NCBI RefSeq assembly: GCF_006345805.1 | Contig: NC_043002.1 | Span: forward strand, 58,714,001 to 58,778,000 | Source: Octopus sinensis | Taxonomy: Eukaryota | Direction: 5' to 3' | DNA: 64,000 nt | In this document: piece after piece, positions 11,693-25,706 of the stretch | How positions within the stretch are numbered: position 1 is the first letter of the stretch | Layout of the letters: each line of letters opens with the position of its first letter | Notes under the pieces: model-generated | Seen by the model: only the letters and a program-made list of their open reading frames with translations | Told to the model about the DNA's origin: nothing | Databases searched by the model: none | Program-made: the position numbers and the translations under genes

Positions 11693-12334
11693 AGTTACCA
11701 GTCATCAGATACCGTTGTATCTCTTCCTACTGGAATAGTAATATGCTAACTTCTGTCTTACTATCGCTGATAACTCCACAAGACATCAACTAGAACTGTT
11801 GACTCTTAGCTCTTCAACTCTTGACCCTCTCTTGACGACCGGCTTCTGGTCTATTTATAATGGCTTCTCCTACCACATTTTATCAGGAGCGGTATACAGT
11901 TTCACTATACAACAGTTTGGTAATTAGCAATTAATTTCTATTAAATAATCTTTTCTACTATAGGTACAAGGCCTATAGGAAGTAAATTGGTGCCTTTCGT
12001 GGAAGCTTTCACCTGCTTCTTAAGACCAACTGACCCATACTTGACCATTGTTGGCACAGAACCCTTCTCCATTTCGGTCTACGAATGTCTCATTTGAATA
12101 TTTACTTCTTACCACTGAGATCTACACCTATGGTTGGTTTCACCTGAGCTCACGCTCTTGGCTTCCGTGCTTGTTGCAGTGCCTTCCTACTCAACCTATT
12201 AAATAAAAGCTGATATAAATGATGGCTGGTTGGTTGGTCATGTGATTTTTCCAGTCATGCTTTATATCATATAGAGAGAAGTGTGAGAGAGAAAATGAGA
12301 GATACAAAGAGAGAGTTAACATATGAGAGGAGCA

Positions 12335-12745
12335 AGGCGGCAAGCTGGCTAAAACATTAGTACACTGGGCGAAATGCTTAGCAGTATTTCATCTGTCTTT
12401 ACGTTCTGAGTTCAAATTCCGCCAAGGTCGATTTTGCCTTTCATCCTTTTGGGATTGATAAATTAAGTACCAGTTGCATACTGGGGTCAATCTAATCGAC
12501 TGGCCCCCTCCCCCCAAATTTCAGGCCTTGTACCTAGAGTAGAAAAGAAATGTTAGCATGCAGGGTGAAATGCTTAGCAGTATTTCATCTGTCTTTATGT
12601 TCTGAGTTCAAATTCCACTGAGGTTGACTTTGCCTTTCATCCTTTCAGGGTCGATAAACTAAGTACCATTTGCACACTGGAAGCGATCTAATTCACTGGC
12701 CTCCTCCCCCAAAATTTTGGGCCTTGTGCCTAGTGTAGGAAAGAA
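12335..12745 (+). mobile_element. Two tandem copies of a second tRNA-like SINE family
   Basis: 'ggcggcaagctggc...gaaatgcttagcagtatttc...gagttcaaattcc...gactttgcctttcatcctttc...gataaattaagtacc' is repeated. Related copies lie at about 16010-16430, 37970-38075 and 40320-40535 (minus). Confidence 0.7.
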
Positions 12746-15700
12746 TATATGAGAGGGGCAGATTGAGTGTTTTATAAGTCGCTGAAAAAAGAAACATTTT
12801 TTTTAAATGAAATTTTGTAAAAGTATGTATTTTGATGGAGTGAGAAGATTGCAATTATCTCTTTTTTATCTTTTATTTTTTACTTGTTTCAGTCATTAGA
12901 CTCTGGTCATGCTGGGGCATTGCCTCGTAGAATTTTTAGTTGAATAAGTCAACCCTGGTACTTTACTTTCTTTTAAAAGCCTTGTATTTATTCTATCAGA
13001 CTCTTTTGCCAAACCACTAAGTTACAGGGACGTAAACACACAAACTCTGGATGTCGAGCCATGGGATGAAACAAACACAGACACAAAGACACACACACAC
13101 ATATATTATATATATGCATATATATGGCAACAGTAAGTATGAACCCATTTTTATTTGCCCATTTATTTCCACATTGAACAACCACATCAATGCTCCATTG
13201 CAAAGTTAAATAATCAAAATTATTCAATTAACAAATGATGACAATAACAATTACAAAATCTTATCAATGAATCACATTTTCAGCTGACGCTTTGCTGTTA
13301 TTTGCAGCAAATCAAAGTAATTTTTCTGTTAGGAATTGCAGATCAATGAAAACAACATTATTTATGAACAACACAAGACAAAGCTTGTTTCACTTAAACT
13401 TTTTCTTGAAATTTCCTCGGATTTCTTTTTGAAGAAATTTCTGTTTTAAACTCTTCCTCGTGTTTGTTAAATTGTTTTGTGCTTATGGATTTACATTTCT
13501 TAATATAAGATTGCTTGATTTACTGTAAATGATGCTAGTACAGCTTAACCGAAAATATACTTCATTTGTTTTATGGTTATTACTGATGAAGTGAGCTGGC
13601 ACGATCGTTAGAATGTCTTACTGGAAGCTGTTTATGCTCCAACAGGGTCGGGACAGACGGATTTCTTCAGGTATCTGTTTTAATCAATTTCGAAAATTAT
13701 AAAGTGCTTAGTTAAATAGTTTTGTCATTATTGATCTGGAGCTGGGAACATAAATTTGCAAAGAATTTTGATGGCTGATTTTTAAATTAGATAATTTTAA
13801 ATCAGGAAATTTGTATGACAGAACCAGGGGTTAGTCTCTGACAGGCTGGTATCAAAATAGTTAAAAGGATTCTGTTACATATCTGTTTATCGGTGTGTTG
13901 CTTTTGCTGTTGTTTTTCTTGTTGTTGTTATTGCTCTTATCATTTAGCCCCCGGTCAACCTCAATCCAGTAGACCTATGATCGAAGGCATTCCATCTATG
14001 CCCATACTGTATTTTTAGAAGTATTAGAAATATATGATGTAGATATGGCTTTTCCATATTTACAAATGTAAGGCATGATTTAAGGATGATTTGACTGTTA
14101 TTTCTAGCAGGTCAAGTGACCCTGTAGAGGCCCCTGTCTGTGTCTGAGATTCTCTAAAATACAATCAGCGTCAGTAAACTTATAAAGTAAGTAATTGTTT
14201 ATCACTAACACAAACACTATTGTCTTTGTTAGTTTCACAAGTGTCATTGTTGCTGCTGCTGTTGTTGTTGTTGTTGCTGCTGCTCTTGATGCGACCCAAC
14301 GGTTGTGCTTTTATCTAGTATATTTTACAAAAGACCATTCTTTAAGTTTGGGTTTTGTCATAGTCAGAGAGATTCCCTCACTAGCTATCCCCAAACCAGT
14401 GGGAATTCTAATCAGTTATTAAAGTTCTGGTTGTTGTTGTTGTTGTTGTTGTTTCATGCACACACACGCATACAGACCAGAATGCAGATGGGTTGAGGAG
14501 GAGGAGGAGGAGGAAGAGAACTGCTCTATTTCAGTTTAAAACTTATTCTTCCTTTTCCTCTTACCTTCCCACAATTGTAGCCTTGCACCTATCGCAGAAA
14601 ATCATTATTGCTATCTATCTGTCTGTCTATCTGTCCCTGTCCATCCACCTACCCATCCATCCGTCTGTCTGTCCATCTGTCTGTTTATCCATCTATCTGT
14701 CAGTCTATCTATCTATCTATCATCTGGAGATAAGAGCACACACATGGACACATGTTTCTGCCTCAGTAGGCATCATCAGCAAGAGAATTGCACAACCTTG
14801 TCTCCAGTAGTCCTGGGGTTGATTTCTTCAACTAAAAAGGTGGTACTCCAGCATGGTCGCAGTCAAATGACTGAAACATGTAAAAGAAAAAAAAAAGAAG
14901 ATGTAAAAGAAACATCTTTAAAAGGACAAAATAGGGACCTAATGGCTGAATGCATTTGGTAATAGGGGTTTGTTGCTGTTCAGGGGTTGACCTGGGGCTA
15001 AACAAGCAGCAACAACAACACCATATCAATGAAATCCAGGTGTGAATGAATTAAATGTTGCAGCAAAACGAAAATGAAAGAAAAAATCTGATTTCTGCAT
15101 AAATATAAAACCTGATTTTCAATAAATAGAATTCACACACACACACATACACATATGCACACATGCACGCTACATTTTATGTGAAGGAATTGGCTCCATC
15201 TGAGAATGAAGAACAGGCTTTGACTCTGCTACATTCTCTGCTGCAAACACAATATGGATTCCTAATGTAGGACAAACAGAGTCTTATAAAAGAGAGGAGA
15301 GGAGGGTGAGAAGAGCAAGATTGTGAGATGATGTGGTGTTCATACATATTCCTCATTAGAAACAAATAAATGCAAACAATTTCAACGCACTTTTTGTTTT
15401 TCATCTTGCATTATCTCCTGTCGTACAGAATTAATAGCATCAACATACGTCTTTTATTTTTTTTTAACCTTTTTTTTTGTTTTTGTTTTAATGGCAACAA
15501 TTTTTGTTATTTATAAAAGAGAAAAAAAAACAAGAAAGAAAAAAATTATTTTACTTTGTTGTAAATATCACTGTCACCATAGCAACCAGGTTATTCTAAT
15601 GATATTCCCAGTGTTGATGCAAATGATGTCAGCAGTGTCATTGTTGTTGTTGTTTTGCAGAAGATTTGTGAAAACTCTTCCTTCAGCAACTATACTATTC

Positions 15701-15965
15701 TACATCTGAAGTCGTAGTAGCATAAGTGTCATCACCAGCCTCCTCCTCCTCCTACTCCTCATCATCATCACTATCAATATCATCATCATCATCCTCACCA
15801 CCAACACCACCCTCCGTTATCACCATTGTCGTTATTATCAGCTTTGTCACCACCATTATCATCATCATCATCATCATCATCATCACCATCATCTTGTCAT
15901 TATTGATTCCACTGTCTCAGCTTCTATCAGTTGTCACTATCCCTAAAAATGATATCACTACCAGC

Positions 15966-16009
<44 letters not shown>

Positions 16010-17155
16010 GGTGGTGAGCTGGCAGAATCGTTAGCACACTGGATGAAATGCTTAACAGTATTTCGCCCGTCGCTACGTTCTGAATTCAAATTCTTTTGGG
16101 GATCGATAAATTAAGTACCTGGAGTCAATGTGATACAGTGGAGTCAATGTGATTGACTAGTCCCCTCCCCACAAATTTCAGGCCTTGTGCCTATATTAAA
16201 AAAAGGATTATTATTATTAAGGCAGCAAGCTGGCAGACTTGTTAGCACATTGAGCTAAATGCTTAGCAGTATTTCACCCGTTGCTATGTTCTGAGTTTAA
16301 ATTCCGCCGAGGTTGACTTTGCCTTTCATCCTTTCAGAGTTGATAAATTAAGCACCAGTTGTGTACTGTGGTCGATCTAATTGACTACTCCCCTGCACCA
16401 AAATTTCTGGCTTTGTGCCCATAGCAGAAAGGATTATTATTATTATTATTATTATTACTAGTTGACCCTCCGCCATCAAAAATGGCAGCTAATTGTAGTA
16501 TTTTATATATAAATAAGGTACAAAATAAGGTCCATAATAACCACAGATACAAACATTTGCATACTTCCCTTGTACACACACATACACACATATACTGACA
16601 CAGAGTTGAAATGCAGTTTGATTTTTCTCTTCAGCGTTGTACTTTCACCATCCCACTTCCATTGCATACACACACACATACTAATGCACAGTTGAAACAC
16701 TGATTTTTTTTCACCCCTTCCTTTCTCATTCATATGTTGTGTCGGAGAAACACAGAAGATACATGATGCGCTCTTTGCCACTTTCTAACTTTCTCTCACT
16801 ACCTCTCCTTCACTGAATAACTATTTTCTTTTCTCTCCCTTCGCTCTTTCTCCTACTCCAATTCTGTGATTTTGGACAAATATATATATATATATATATA
16901 TAATGTATAATGTCCTGTACTCTATTTTTTCGTTGTTTAAGAAAAATGTCCATTTCCTTGGTTTTGTGTTTATGTTTTCGTTTCTCATTGTCTTCGATGT
17001 TTTTTTGGTGTCCTGTACCTATATATGCATGTATATATACATGTAGAGGTAGGTACATACATATATGTATGTATATATGCATATTTTTTATTATTTATTA
17101 ATTTATTATATGACGGAACGCACACATCCATTTCTAAGTAAGATTGTTCTTAATA

Positions 17156-17244
<89 letters not shown>

Positions 17245-17248
17245 TTGT

Positions 17249-17550
17249 GGAGGCGCAATGGCCCAGTGGTTAGGGCAGCGGACTCGCGGTCATAGGATCG
17301 CGGTTTCGATTCCCAGACCGGGCGTTGTGAGTGTTTACTGAGCGAAAACACTTAAAAGCTCCACGAGGCTCCGCAGGGGGTGGTGATCCCTGCTGTAATC
17401 TTTCACCATTCTTTCTCTCACTCTTTTTTCTGTTGGCCTGCTCACTTAGCCAGCAGGGTGGCGTCATTCGAAGGTTAAAAAAATGCGAACGCATTGTGAC
17501 TAGTGATGTGTAGCAACATCTGACGGTCTGGTTGGTCATGTGATCACGTG
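17249..17550 (+). mobile_element. Young tRNA-derived SINE
   Basis: A box 'tggcccagtggtta' and B box 'ggtttcgattccc', CpGs retained. A near-identical partial copy lies at 45392-45547 on the minus strand. Confidence 0.75.
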
Positions 17551-17789
17551 ATATATATATATATATATATATGAAGGGCGTAGGCTCAAAATGTAAAAGA
17601 ATTTCTCACCTTCCCGAGCATTAAACTAATACACCTGTTTGTTGTTTACACACCTGTCTTCATATTTTGTTTTTCTGTAAATTTTAACTACATATATATA
17701 TACACAAATGTCAGTGTGCATACACGATAGAGTGTAAGCACCCTGAGAAAAACGTTGGGCATAAGAAGCATTAAATGTGGTGTGCAAGA

Positions 17790-18540
17790 GAGATGACTGC
17801 ACTGGTATGGTCATGTATTACTTATGGATGAGAATAGCTGTGTGAGGAAGTGCTACACTCTAATGGTGGAGGCAACCTGTGGAAGAGGTAGACCCAGGAA
17901 GACATGGGATGAGGTGGCGAAGCATAACCTTCGAACATTGTGCTTCACAGAGGCAATGACAGGAGACTGAGACCTTTGGAGATAAGCTGTGATTGAGAAG
18001 ACCCAGAAATTAAAGTGAGATCGCAGCCATGCTTGTCCAGCACAGTTAAGAGTACCCCTGATGCGTTGGGTAATATAATATGCTTGAGAAGACCTATTGA
18101 GTCAAGTAAAATCAAAATAATAGCTGTGGCCAGTGCCCTCTAACTGGCTCTCATGCCGGTAGCGTGTAAAAAGCACCATCCGAACATGGTCGATACTAGG
18201 TCTGCTTGAATGGCTCTCATGCTGATGGCACATAAAAAGCACCATCCGAACATGGCCGATGCCAGTATCCCTTGATCAGCACCCATGCCTGTGACATGTA
18301 AAAAGCATTATCCGAATATGATTGATGCCAGGCCCACCTGAATGGTTCCTTTGCCAGTGGCACGTAAAAAGAACCCCCTATACTCTCAGAGTGGTTGGCA
18401 TTAGGAAGGGCATTCAGCTGTTGAACATTGTCAGGTCAGATTGGAACCTGGTGCAGCCGCTGGATCTCCAGACCTCAGTCAAACCATCCAATCCATGCCA
18501 GCATGGAAAACAAATGTTAAACAATGATGATTATAAGGAT
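17790..18540 (+). mobile_element. RTE-clade LINE 3' fragment with 3' UTR
   Basis: Translation 'LHWYGHVLLMDENSCVRKC...CGRGRPRKTWDEVAKHNLR..MTGD*DLWR*AVIEKT' (WYGHV / GRPRKTW motifs), followed by UTR subrepeats and a (GAT)n tail. Confidence 0.75.
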
Positions 18541-19079
18541 GATGATGACAAAATATATAAAAACACTACACTCATTATTATTATATTAGGAGATTGGTAG
18601 TAGTAGTAGTAGTAGTGATAAGGCTGCAGGTTAGCAGAATGTTTAGCACATCCTACAAAATACCACAAGGTATTTTTTTCTAACATTCAAAAGATTCTGC
18701 CAGTCCAACTCCTTTCGAACAACAATCGTTTCCAATGGATACGAGGACCCTTTCAACTCCTGGACCTATTGTTTATTTGATGAAATGCGTCCATCTGTTT
18801 GACTGGTATTTTCATTCACTCCCAAAAGGATGAAAGGCAAAGGTGACTGCAAGCAGGATTTGGACTTAATACATTTCTTTCATCCTTTCCCATTCCAAGT
18901 CCAAATCCCTCTCGAGTTGATAAAGTACAAGTTAACTCCTGGGGTCAATCATATCGATTTTCTCCTACCTCTTAAATATACTGTCTTAACTATGTCTTCA
19001 GTAATAATGTATTGCAATGATTGGCTGTGATCACTTAATTCATTTAAATGTAACCACATTTTGCTATTGACCACAATTT

Positions 19080-19637
19080 TATAATAATAATAATGAAATT
19101 ATTGTATACAGTGCTCAGGTGCACCACAACTTGTCAGAAAGTGCATATAAAGTACATGCAGTAATGTAGAAATGTCTGGAAAGTGAACATGCTTGTGTGT
19201 GTATGGAGGGGAGAAGATCAAGTGTAGTGTTGGCGAATCTCAGGAAGCATGGAAGTCTTGAAGGATGCAGTGCTCCGACAACTAACAACTGATGCCGGCA
19301 GTTTGTTCCACGCTTCAGCAACTCTCAGCGTGAAAAAATGTTTCCTGAAGTCATGGGAGCTGTGCTGTTTTCTTACTTTGTAAATATGTCCACGGGTGTT
19401 AGATGGGTGGAGTTTGAAGAGGTGCTCAGTGTTATTGTTTGTGCGACGGTTGATAATTTTATGGGTGTCTGCCAGGTCAGCTGCCAGACGTCGGAGTTTC
19501 AATGTGTCCATGCCCAGGGAAGTAAGGCGTTCAGGATATGGCAAATGCCTGATGGAGGGTATTCTTTTGGTTGCACGTCGCTGAACAGCTTCCAGACGAT
19601 TGATGTTCTGGGCAAGATAGGGGTTCCAGACCGGTGA
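19080..19637 (-). mobile_element. 5'-truncated CR1-type LINE, same family as 59430-62437
   Basis: ORF 19218-19544 'YPERLTSLGMDTLKLRRL...HDFRKHFFTLRVAEAWNKLP' matches the C-terminus of ORF 59824-62361. Same 3' UTR 'cacctgagcactgta' and (ATT)n tail. Confidence 0.9.
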
Positions 19638-20744
19638 TTTTGTAGCTGAGAAGTTTCAAACAAGTCACTCATTGGTTCATGACAATTCTTGGAGAGTGCT
19701 GTCTGAAAGTACCAGTTTATCAGTTTTTCTCGATGCTCTTTTGCTGGTATAGCAATCCCTTGACTATTGTGGGTATTACATTCCAAAACATCCCACGAGA
19801 GATGAAAATCCATGAAGTAGAAACAGTACTGTACTCCATATATTTTTTAATTATCTTTATAATTTGTATATATTTATTTTATTATACATGCAAAACAACA
19901 CCATGGAAGAATTGATGTAAGCTTAAACAATTAACCATGATAGGTGAACCACAATATGACGAGGGGTTATTGTATATAATAGTGGAAGATACACATAGGT
20001 GCAGGAGTGACCTTGCTTTCCAGCCACATGGTTCTGGGTTCAGTCCCACTTCATGGCACCTTGAGCAAGTGTCTTCTACTATAGCCTCAGGCTGGCTAAA
20101 GCCTTGAGTAGATTTGGTAGAGGAAACTGAAAGAAGCCCATCGTATATATGTGTGTGTGTATGTTTGTCTTTATCGCCCCACCATCGCTTGACATACTAT
20201 GTTGGTGTGTTTACATCCCCAAAACTTAGAGGTTCGGCAAAAAGACTAATAGAATAAGTCCTGAGGGTTGATTTGTTTGACTAAAAGGTGGTGCTCCAGC
20301 ATGGCCTCAGTCAAATGACCGAAAGATTTAAAGGATAACATAATAATACATACATAGTTACATAATTGATGATGGCAATATTCTTTTTTTATCTTTTCAT
20401 GCTGGGGCACAACCTTGAAGAATTTTATTAATCAAATGAACTGATCCCAGAACTTATTCTCTTTCTTTGTAAGCCTGGTACTCTCTATCAGTCTCTTTTG
20501 CTAAACTGGTAAGTTACAGGGACATAAACACACCAACACCAGTTGTCAACACGGATGCTATGGGTTGCATCGTCAGTGATGTTTCTTGGGTCCCAAGGAA
20601 TTTCGCAATGGCATCAAATCTAAAATCACAGGACTGCAAAGAAAACATCTCAAACAGACAATCATCCCTACATATCAATATTGTAACTTGATTTTTTTTT
20701 TTATTAGTGATATATTTTAAGTAACTATTAACATTTATCTTCCA

Positions 20745-20886
20745 TGGTCATATGGCATAGTGGTTAAGTGTGGGCTACTAACCCCAAGATTTCGAGTTTG
20801 ATTCCAGGCAGTAACCTGAATAATAATAATAATAATAATAATCGAAAAATACCTTAGAAATGAGAACCCAGGTTCAAAAAATTTCC
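20745..20886 (+). mobile_element. 3'-truncated copy of the tRNA-head/(AAT)n repeat (hammerhead missing)
   Basis: Head and (AAT)n match 53281-53490. The match ends at 'ccaggttcaaaaaatttcc'. Confidence 0.7.
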
Positions 20887-23466
20887 TGCATAACCTACAA
20901 CTATATTTAAATTTATTATTATTTTTTGAAGTAGTTTCTCATAGCAAGAATTGTAAGTTTTAAAGGTCATTCATTATCAGAACTATATAATTTGAGGTTA
21001 AATCTAGCTTTAAAGGTATTTATCAGAATGAAATATCTTACGGTTATTATCAGAACAAAATATTTTGTGATTGTTTAAGATAGTTATCAGAATTAAATGT
21101 TTTGTTGTTATATCCAGCTTTAAATGTGAATCCTTCTTGTAACAAAACATTCACTGCCACTTACCAACTGGAAGAAATAACTGTTTATGGGTTGATTATG
21201 TTGTTGTGCTTAAGCTGGGTTAGTTTTTCCATGTTTTTGACAACAGCTTAGAGATATCCAAGAAGGCAATGTGTTTTTGAATGGCATGGAAATGTCTATC
21301 ATGTTCATCACTTTTGACTCTTAATGAAAATACTAAATTATTGCTATATTGAGCCATCCTTTAGCTTTCTAAGGGATATTTTCAAACCAGCTCCAGTTGA
21401 TGAGTGATTAATTCTCTTTTCTTTGTGTTCCCATTAGGACTGTTAGCCAAGTACTTCAATGTAAGGCAGGCCAGTCGACCTGCCCCCCCCCCACAAAAGT
21501 CTGGTTGATTTGAATAGCCAGTTGCTTTTGAATTTACCTCAATTTTGTATGAATTAAACTTGTTCTTCACAGACATAGGTGTGTGTATATATATATATAT
21601 GAGGTTTGTACACTCACACACACACATAAACAGAACATATATTTTGAAATAATTTTACAAAGACAAAATTCAATTGATGTGAAAAAAATTTGTATTTACA
21701 TAGATTTACAAAATGATAAAATATATTTTAAAATTGAGAAAAAAAAATCTGTAGTTATTTATACATAACACACATATATATACACATACCATATATATGT
21801 ATATATATATATATATATCAGCAGCAGTGAAGGCTTTTCTATGCAGGCACCTCATTACAAAAAAAATAATAAATAGAATAAAAATAAACAAAATTTAGCT
21901 TTCTGCAGCAAAAAAAAAAAAAACCGAAAAACTATCTTTTGTTTCTTCTCATCTTTTTTTTTTCCAAAGACAGAAAACCATTTAAGACTTTCTTTGAAAG
22001 TCATCTCTGTTTACCTTGAATTTTATTTCTTTTCGTATTTCGTAATGTTTTATTAATAAAAAATATCCAAAGTTTTAAAAGTCTCAACATCATTACGTTG
22101 ATATGACAGTCGATCATATTAGCAGCAGGTGTTTCATTGAGTTAATTATTATAATTAACACCACACTTTATTTCTATTTTCTTCTGTTGCTGTTGTCTCA
22201 AAAAAGAGAAAAAAAAAAAAGGTTCCAGCTTGTCATTTTAATCTCAACAAATACCTTGAATCTGTTGTAAAAGATGGGAAATCTTGTTTATATTACTATG
22301 GCGTTAGACATGGGGCATTTGGACAAAAATAGCTTCGCTTGTTTTTTCTTATATTTTCATTCTATTCTTTTATTTTCTTTCGTGTTCTTCAAATTTTCAG
22401 CAGTACCAGTTAAACCTTCCAGGTACAAATTTCAGAATACAATGAAGGCAGTTTTAAGTTCCAGAAGGGTAACTTTCAAAGTCAATTGTAATGATAAAAG
22501 AAAAAAAAAGTTCCAAACACATGATACTATCAATATTCACAAAACAAAGGGCTACAAAAAAAACCCCAAAAAAACAAAAACATTGAGGGTTAGCAAATGA
22601 ACGAGGTGAATATTGACATATTAATTTTGTTGTATCTTGGGAAGATCATTATGCCTATAATAAACATACCATTCCAAGATACCACAAAATCTGTTTCCAC
22701 ACGGAAATTCACATCAAGAATCTTGCAGACCAAACTCAAAAGAAAGTAAATGTTTATCTTCTTTCAATTGACTTATGAGCGATAACCAGCTTCAAACAGG
22801 AGACGACAAATTCCCCTAAAAAAAAATAACACTGCAAGTATTCATTTAATACAGAAAGTATTATTATTATTATTAATTATTCTGAAAATGAAATTAAGAA
22901 AATAAAATTTCTATAAAATATAATAGATTGATAAAGAGGCACAGGGCCATTTGCTGAAAGGAAAGATTATTATTGATTACATTGATGACCCCTTGATTTA
23001 TTACTGGTATTCACTCTATCACCTAGTGTAAGAGCAAGGATGAAAGGTCAAGCTGATTTTGGCCAGATTTTGAATTTGGAACTGAGAAGAAGGGAGATAA
23101 ATGCTCTAAAACATTTAGTCTGATTCTCTACTTACTATTCCATGCATTATTTCTACACAGCCTTTTATAAAACTAATTAGCTGACCACATGCTGTCAATA
23201 ATGATGGCTAGTTGTAGTATTTTATATATAAATAAGCTACATAATAATCACACAAATATTCACATACTTCCCTTATATATGCACTCACACACATACACAA
23301 ATATACTCATACAGAGTAGAAACAGTGATTTCTTTTTTCACCCTTTCCTTTCTCTCATTGTTATTACTTTCTTCCACTCCCTCCCAGTCAGGGCTATTAC
23401 TCACACTACTTCTCCTTCACTGAATTACTATTTTCTCTCCTTCCTCCATGTCCAGCATGATTCTGG

Positions 23467-23510
<44 letters not shown>

Positions 23511-24894
23511 ACACACACACACACATAAATATATAAAAACACTACGCTCATTATTATATTAGGAGATAAATTGCATAACAGTCAGAGTAATAATGCTTTA
23601 TTAATAGTGAAGACTAGAAACGCTGTAGCAGCACCTGTCTTGTTCTGTCTAATGCAAAGTCACTAAAAGAAATGAATATCGATTTTTGGGTCTGTGTCTC
23701 TTTTTAAAGCCTTCCATTGTTCATTCCATTCACTGGAATTTAAAAATCTTGTGAGAGGTTTAAAAGTATAAACATGCTAACCATAAAGAGTGCTTCTTGC
23801 AATTGTTAATTTGGAGAATCTAACAACGTTTTGGACTGTAAAAACTACAGTAATAGTAGCTTGGTGCTGTATGGTCATATGGCTTAGAAGTTTGCTTCAT
23901 AACCACAAGGTCCTTGGTTCAATCCTTCTGTGTGTCATCTTGGGAAAATGCCATTTTTACAGCATTAGTTCAACCACTACTTTAGAAATGAAATTGGGTA
24001 GATGGAAATTCTACAGAAGACTGTCGGGTGGATTTTACCTGTCATTCAAAACAAAAAACATCACACATGCTGTGTCACAGATTCTGCCTGGGAATTACAT
24101 CAAGGGGTACACACGTCTGAAGTATTCAATCATATATACAGGAGCAGGTAATTCAGTTGATTGATCAACTTAAATCTTTGTTGTTGAATATAAGACACTC
24201 CACCACCACCAAAATATTGCTTTACCAAAATTACTCCATAAGTAATTATTCTGTGGTGTCAAATAAAACTTCAATGAATTATTTTAAACTGGAAAATATA
24301 GAAGATCAATGCCTCAAAAATATTTTCATGCCAAATTTCTAAATTTATGTAATTTAAATTTTTATCTAAATAAATTCATTAAAAATTATTTAGTGTGGAG
24401 GTAAATCATTTTTAATGATGAAACGTAAAGTAAAAATAGATCTAAAATAATAGCATAAGGAATGTTAAGTTGAAAAAAACTCCTTCGATGGAAAAAAAAA
24501 GGGTCAAATTCTGCCCATGGGACTCAAACCCACATCTTCTGTGAACATGAAAGATGTTCTGGCCATTTATACCAAAGCAACACTTTAGATTTCCTCCTTC
24601 CATCTGAAGCTTTTTTTTCTTCTTACCAGTAAGGTTTATAAGATGATGACAGTGTAAAATAAAGTTTTTAATGGTGGAAATTGAAGAGGACAAAGTTATA
24701 AATAATTCTTTCTATTAACCGCATGTAGAATGAATGGGTTAAAAAAACACCTTGGATGGAAAGATGTCAAAGACTGCACATAGGATGTGAACCCACATCT
24801 GAAAACAGACATTTTAACCATTATACCATTATGTCTGTACCATGGGCAGACTTTGACTTTTTTCCATCGAAGGAGCTTTTACAAACTGTTATTC

Positions 24895-25153
24895 ATAGCT
24901 TTATCTACTTTAACTCTTTTTATTCTTTTATTTGTTTCAGTCATTTGACTGTGACCATACTGGGGCACCGCCTTTAGTCGAGCAAATCAACCCCCAGGAC
25001 TTATTCTTTGTAAGTCTAGTACTTATTCTATCGGTCGCTCTTGCCGAACCGCTAAGTGACAGGGGCATAAACACACCACCATCAGCTTTCAAGCAATGTT
25101 GGGGGGGGGGACAAACACAGACACACAAACATATACACACACACACACATATA

Positions 25154-25208
<55 letters not shown>

Positions 25209-25380
25209 GATGGGCTTCTTTCAGTTTCCGTCTACCAAATCCACTCATCCACTCACAAGGCTTTGGTCGGCCCGAGGCTATAGTAGAAGACACTTGCCCA
25301 AGGTGCCACACAGTGGGACTGAATCCAGAACCATGTGGTTGGAAGCAAGCTACTTACTACACAGCCACTCCTGCACCTAT
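24895..25380 (-). mobile_element. Full-length OK/OR-like tRNA SINE
   Basis: Complete head-(TA)n-tail arrangement of the abundant family. Confidence 0.7.
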
Positions 25381-25618
25381 TAAAAATAATTTACTTCATA
25401 TCTCTTGGAGTTTCTGAATTTTTATAATGTAAACAAACTTAGGTTATAAAGAAAATGTTGGAAGATAAAAAGAAATATATGAAGCAAGTTCTCCCGGAAT
25501 TTAGTCATTAAATACAACTAATGTTAACAACAACAAAAATATTGAAGACAGACAGCTTCTTACAATACGAAAAGAGAAACAATTAATAACCTTTAGGTAT
25601 TTTGAACACAAAGTCCCA

Positions 25619-25706
25619 TCATCAGAAGTAAAACAGTCAAGAAATGTGAGTCAATGTGGCTAACACTGCATAGACTCGCAATTCTTGACTGTTTTACTTC
25701 TGATGA
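25619..25706. repeat. Inverted repeat, about 37-bp arms, containing CTGATGA
   Basis: 'tcatcagaagtaaaacagtcaagaaatgtgagtc' pairs with 'gactcgcaattcttgactgttttacttctgatga'. Confidence 0.8.

Noticed and set aside
13620-13682. 'EAVYAPTGSGQTDFFRYL' resembling an L1/Tx1 endonuclease, or a small exon ending in gtatct
   Set aside because: Too short and without supporting flanks.
15573-15586. RFX X-box match GTCACCATAGCAAC, with TATAAAAG at about 15284
   Set aside because: Single motifs with no gene or exon nearby that can be tied to them.
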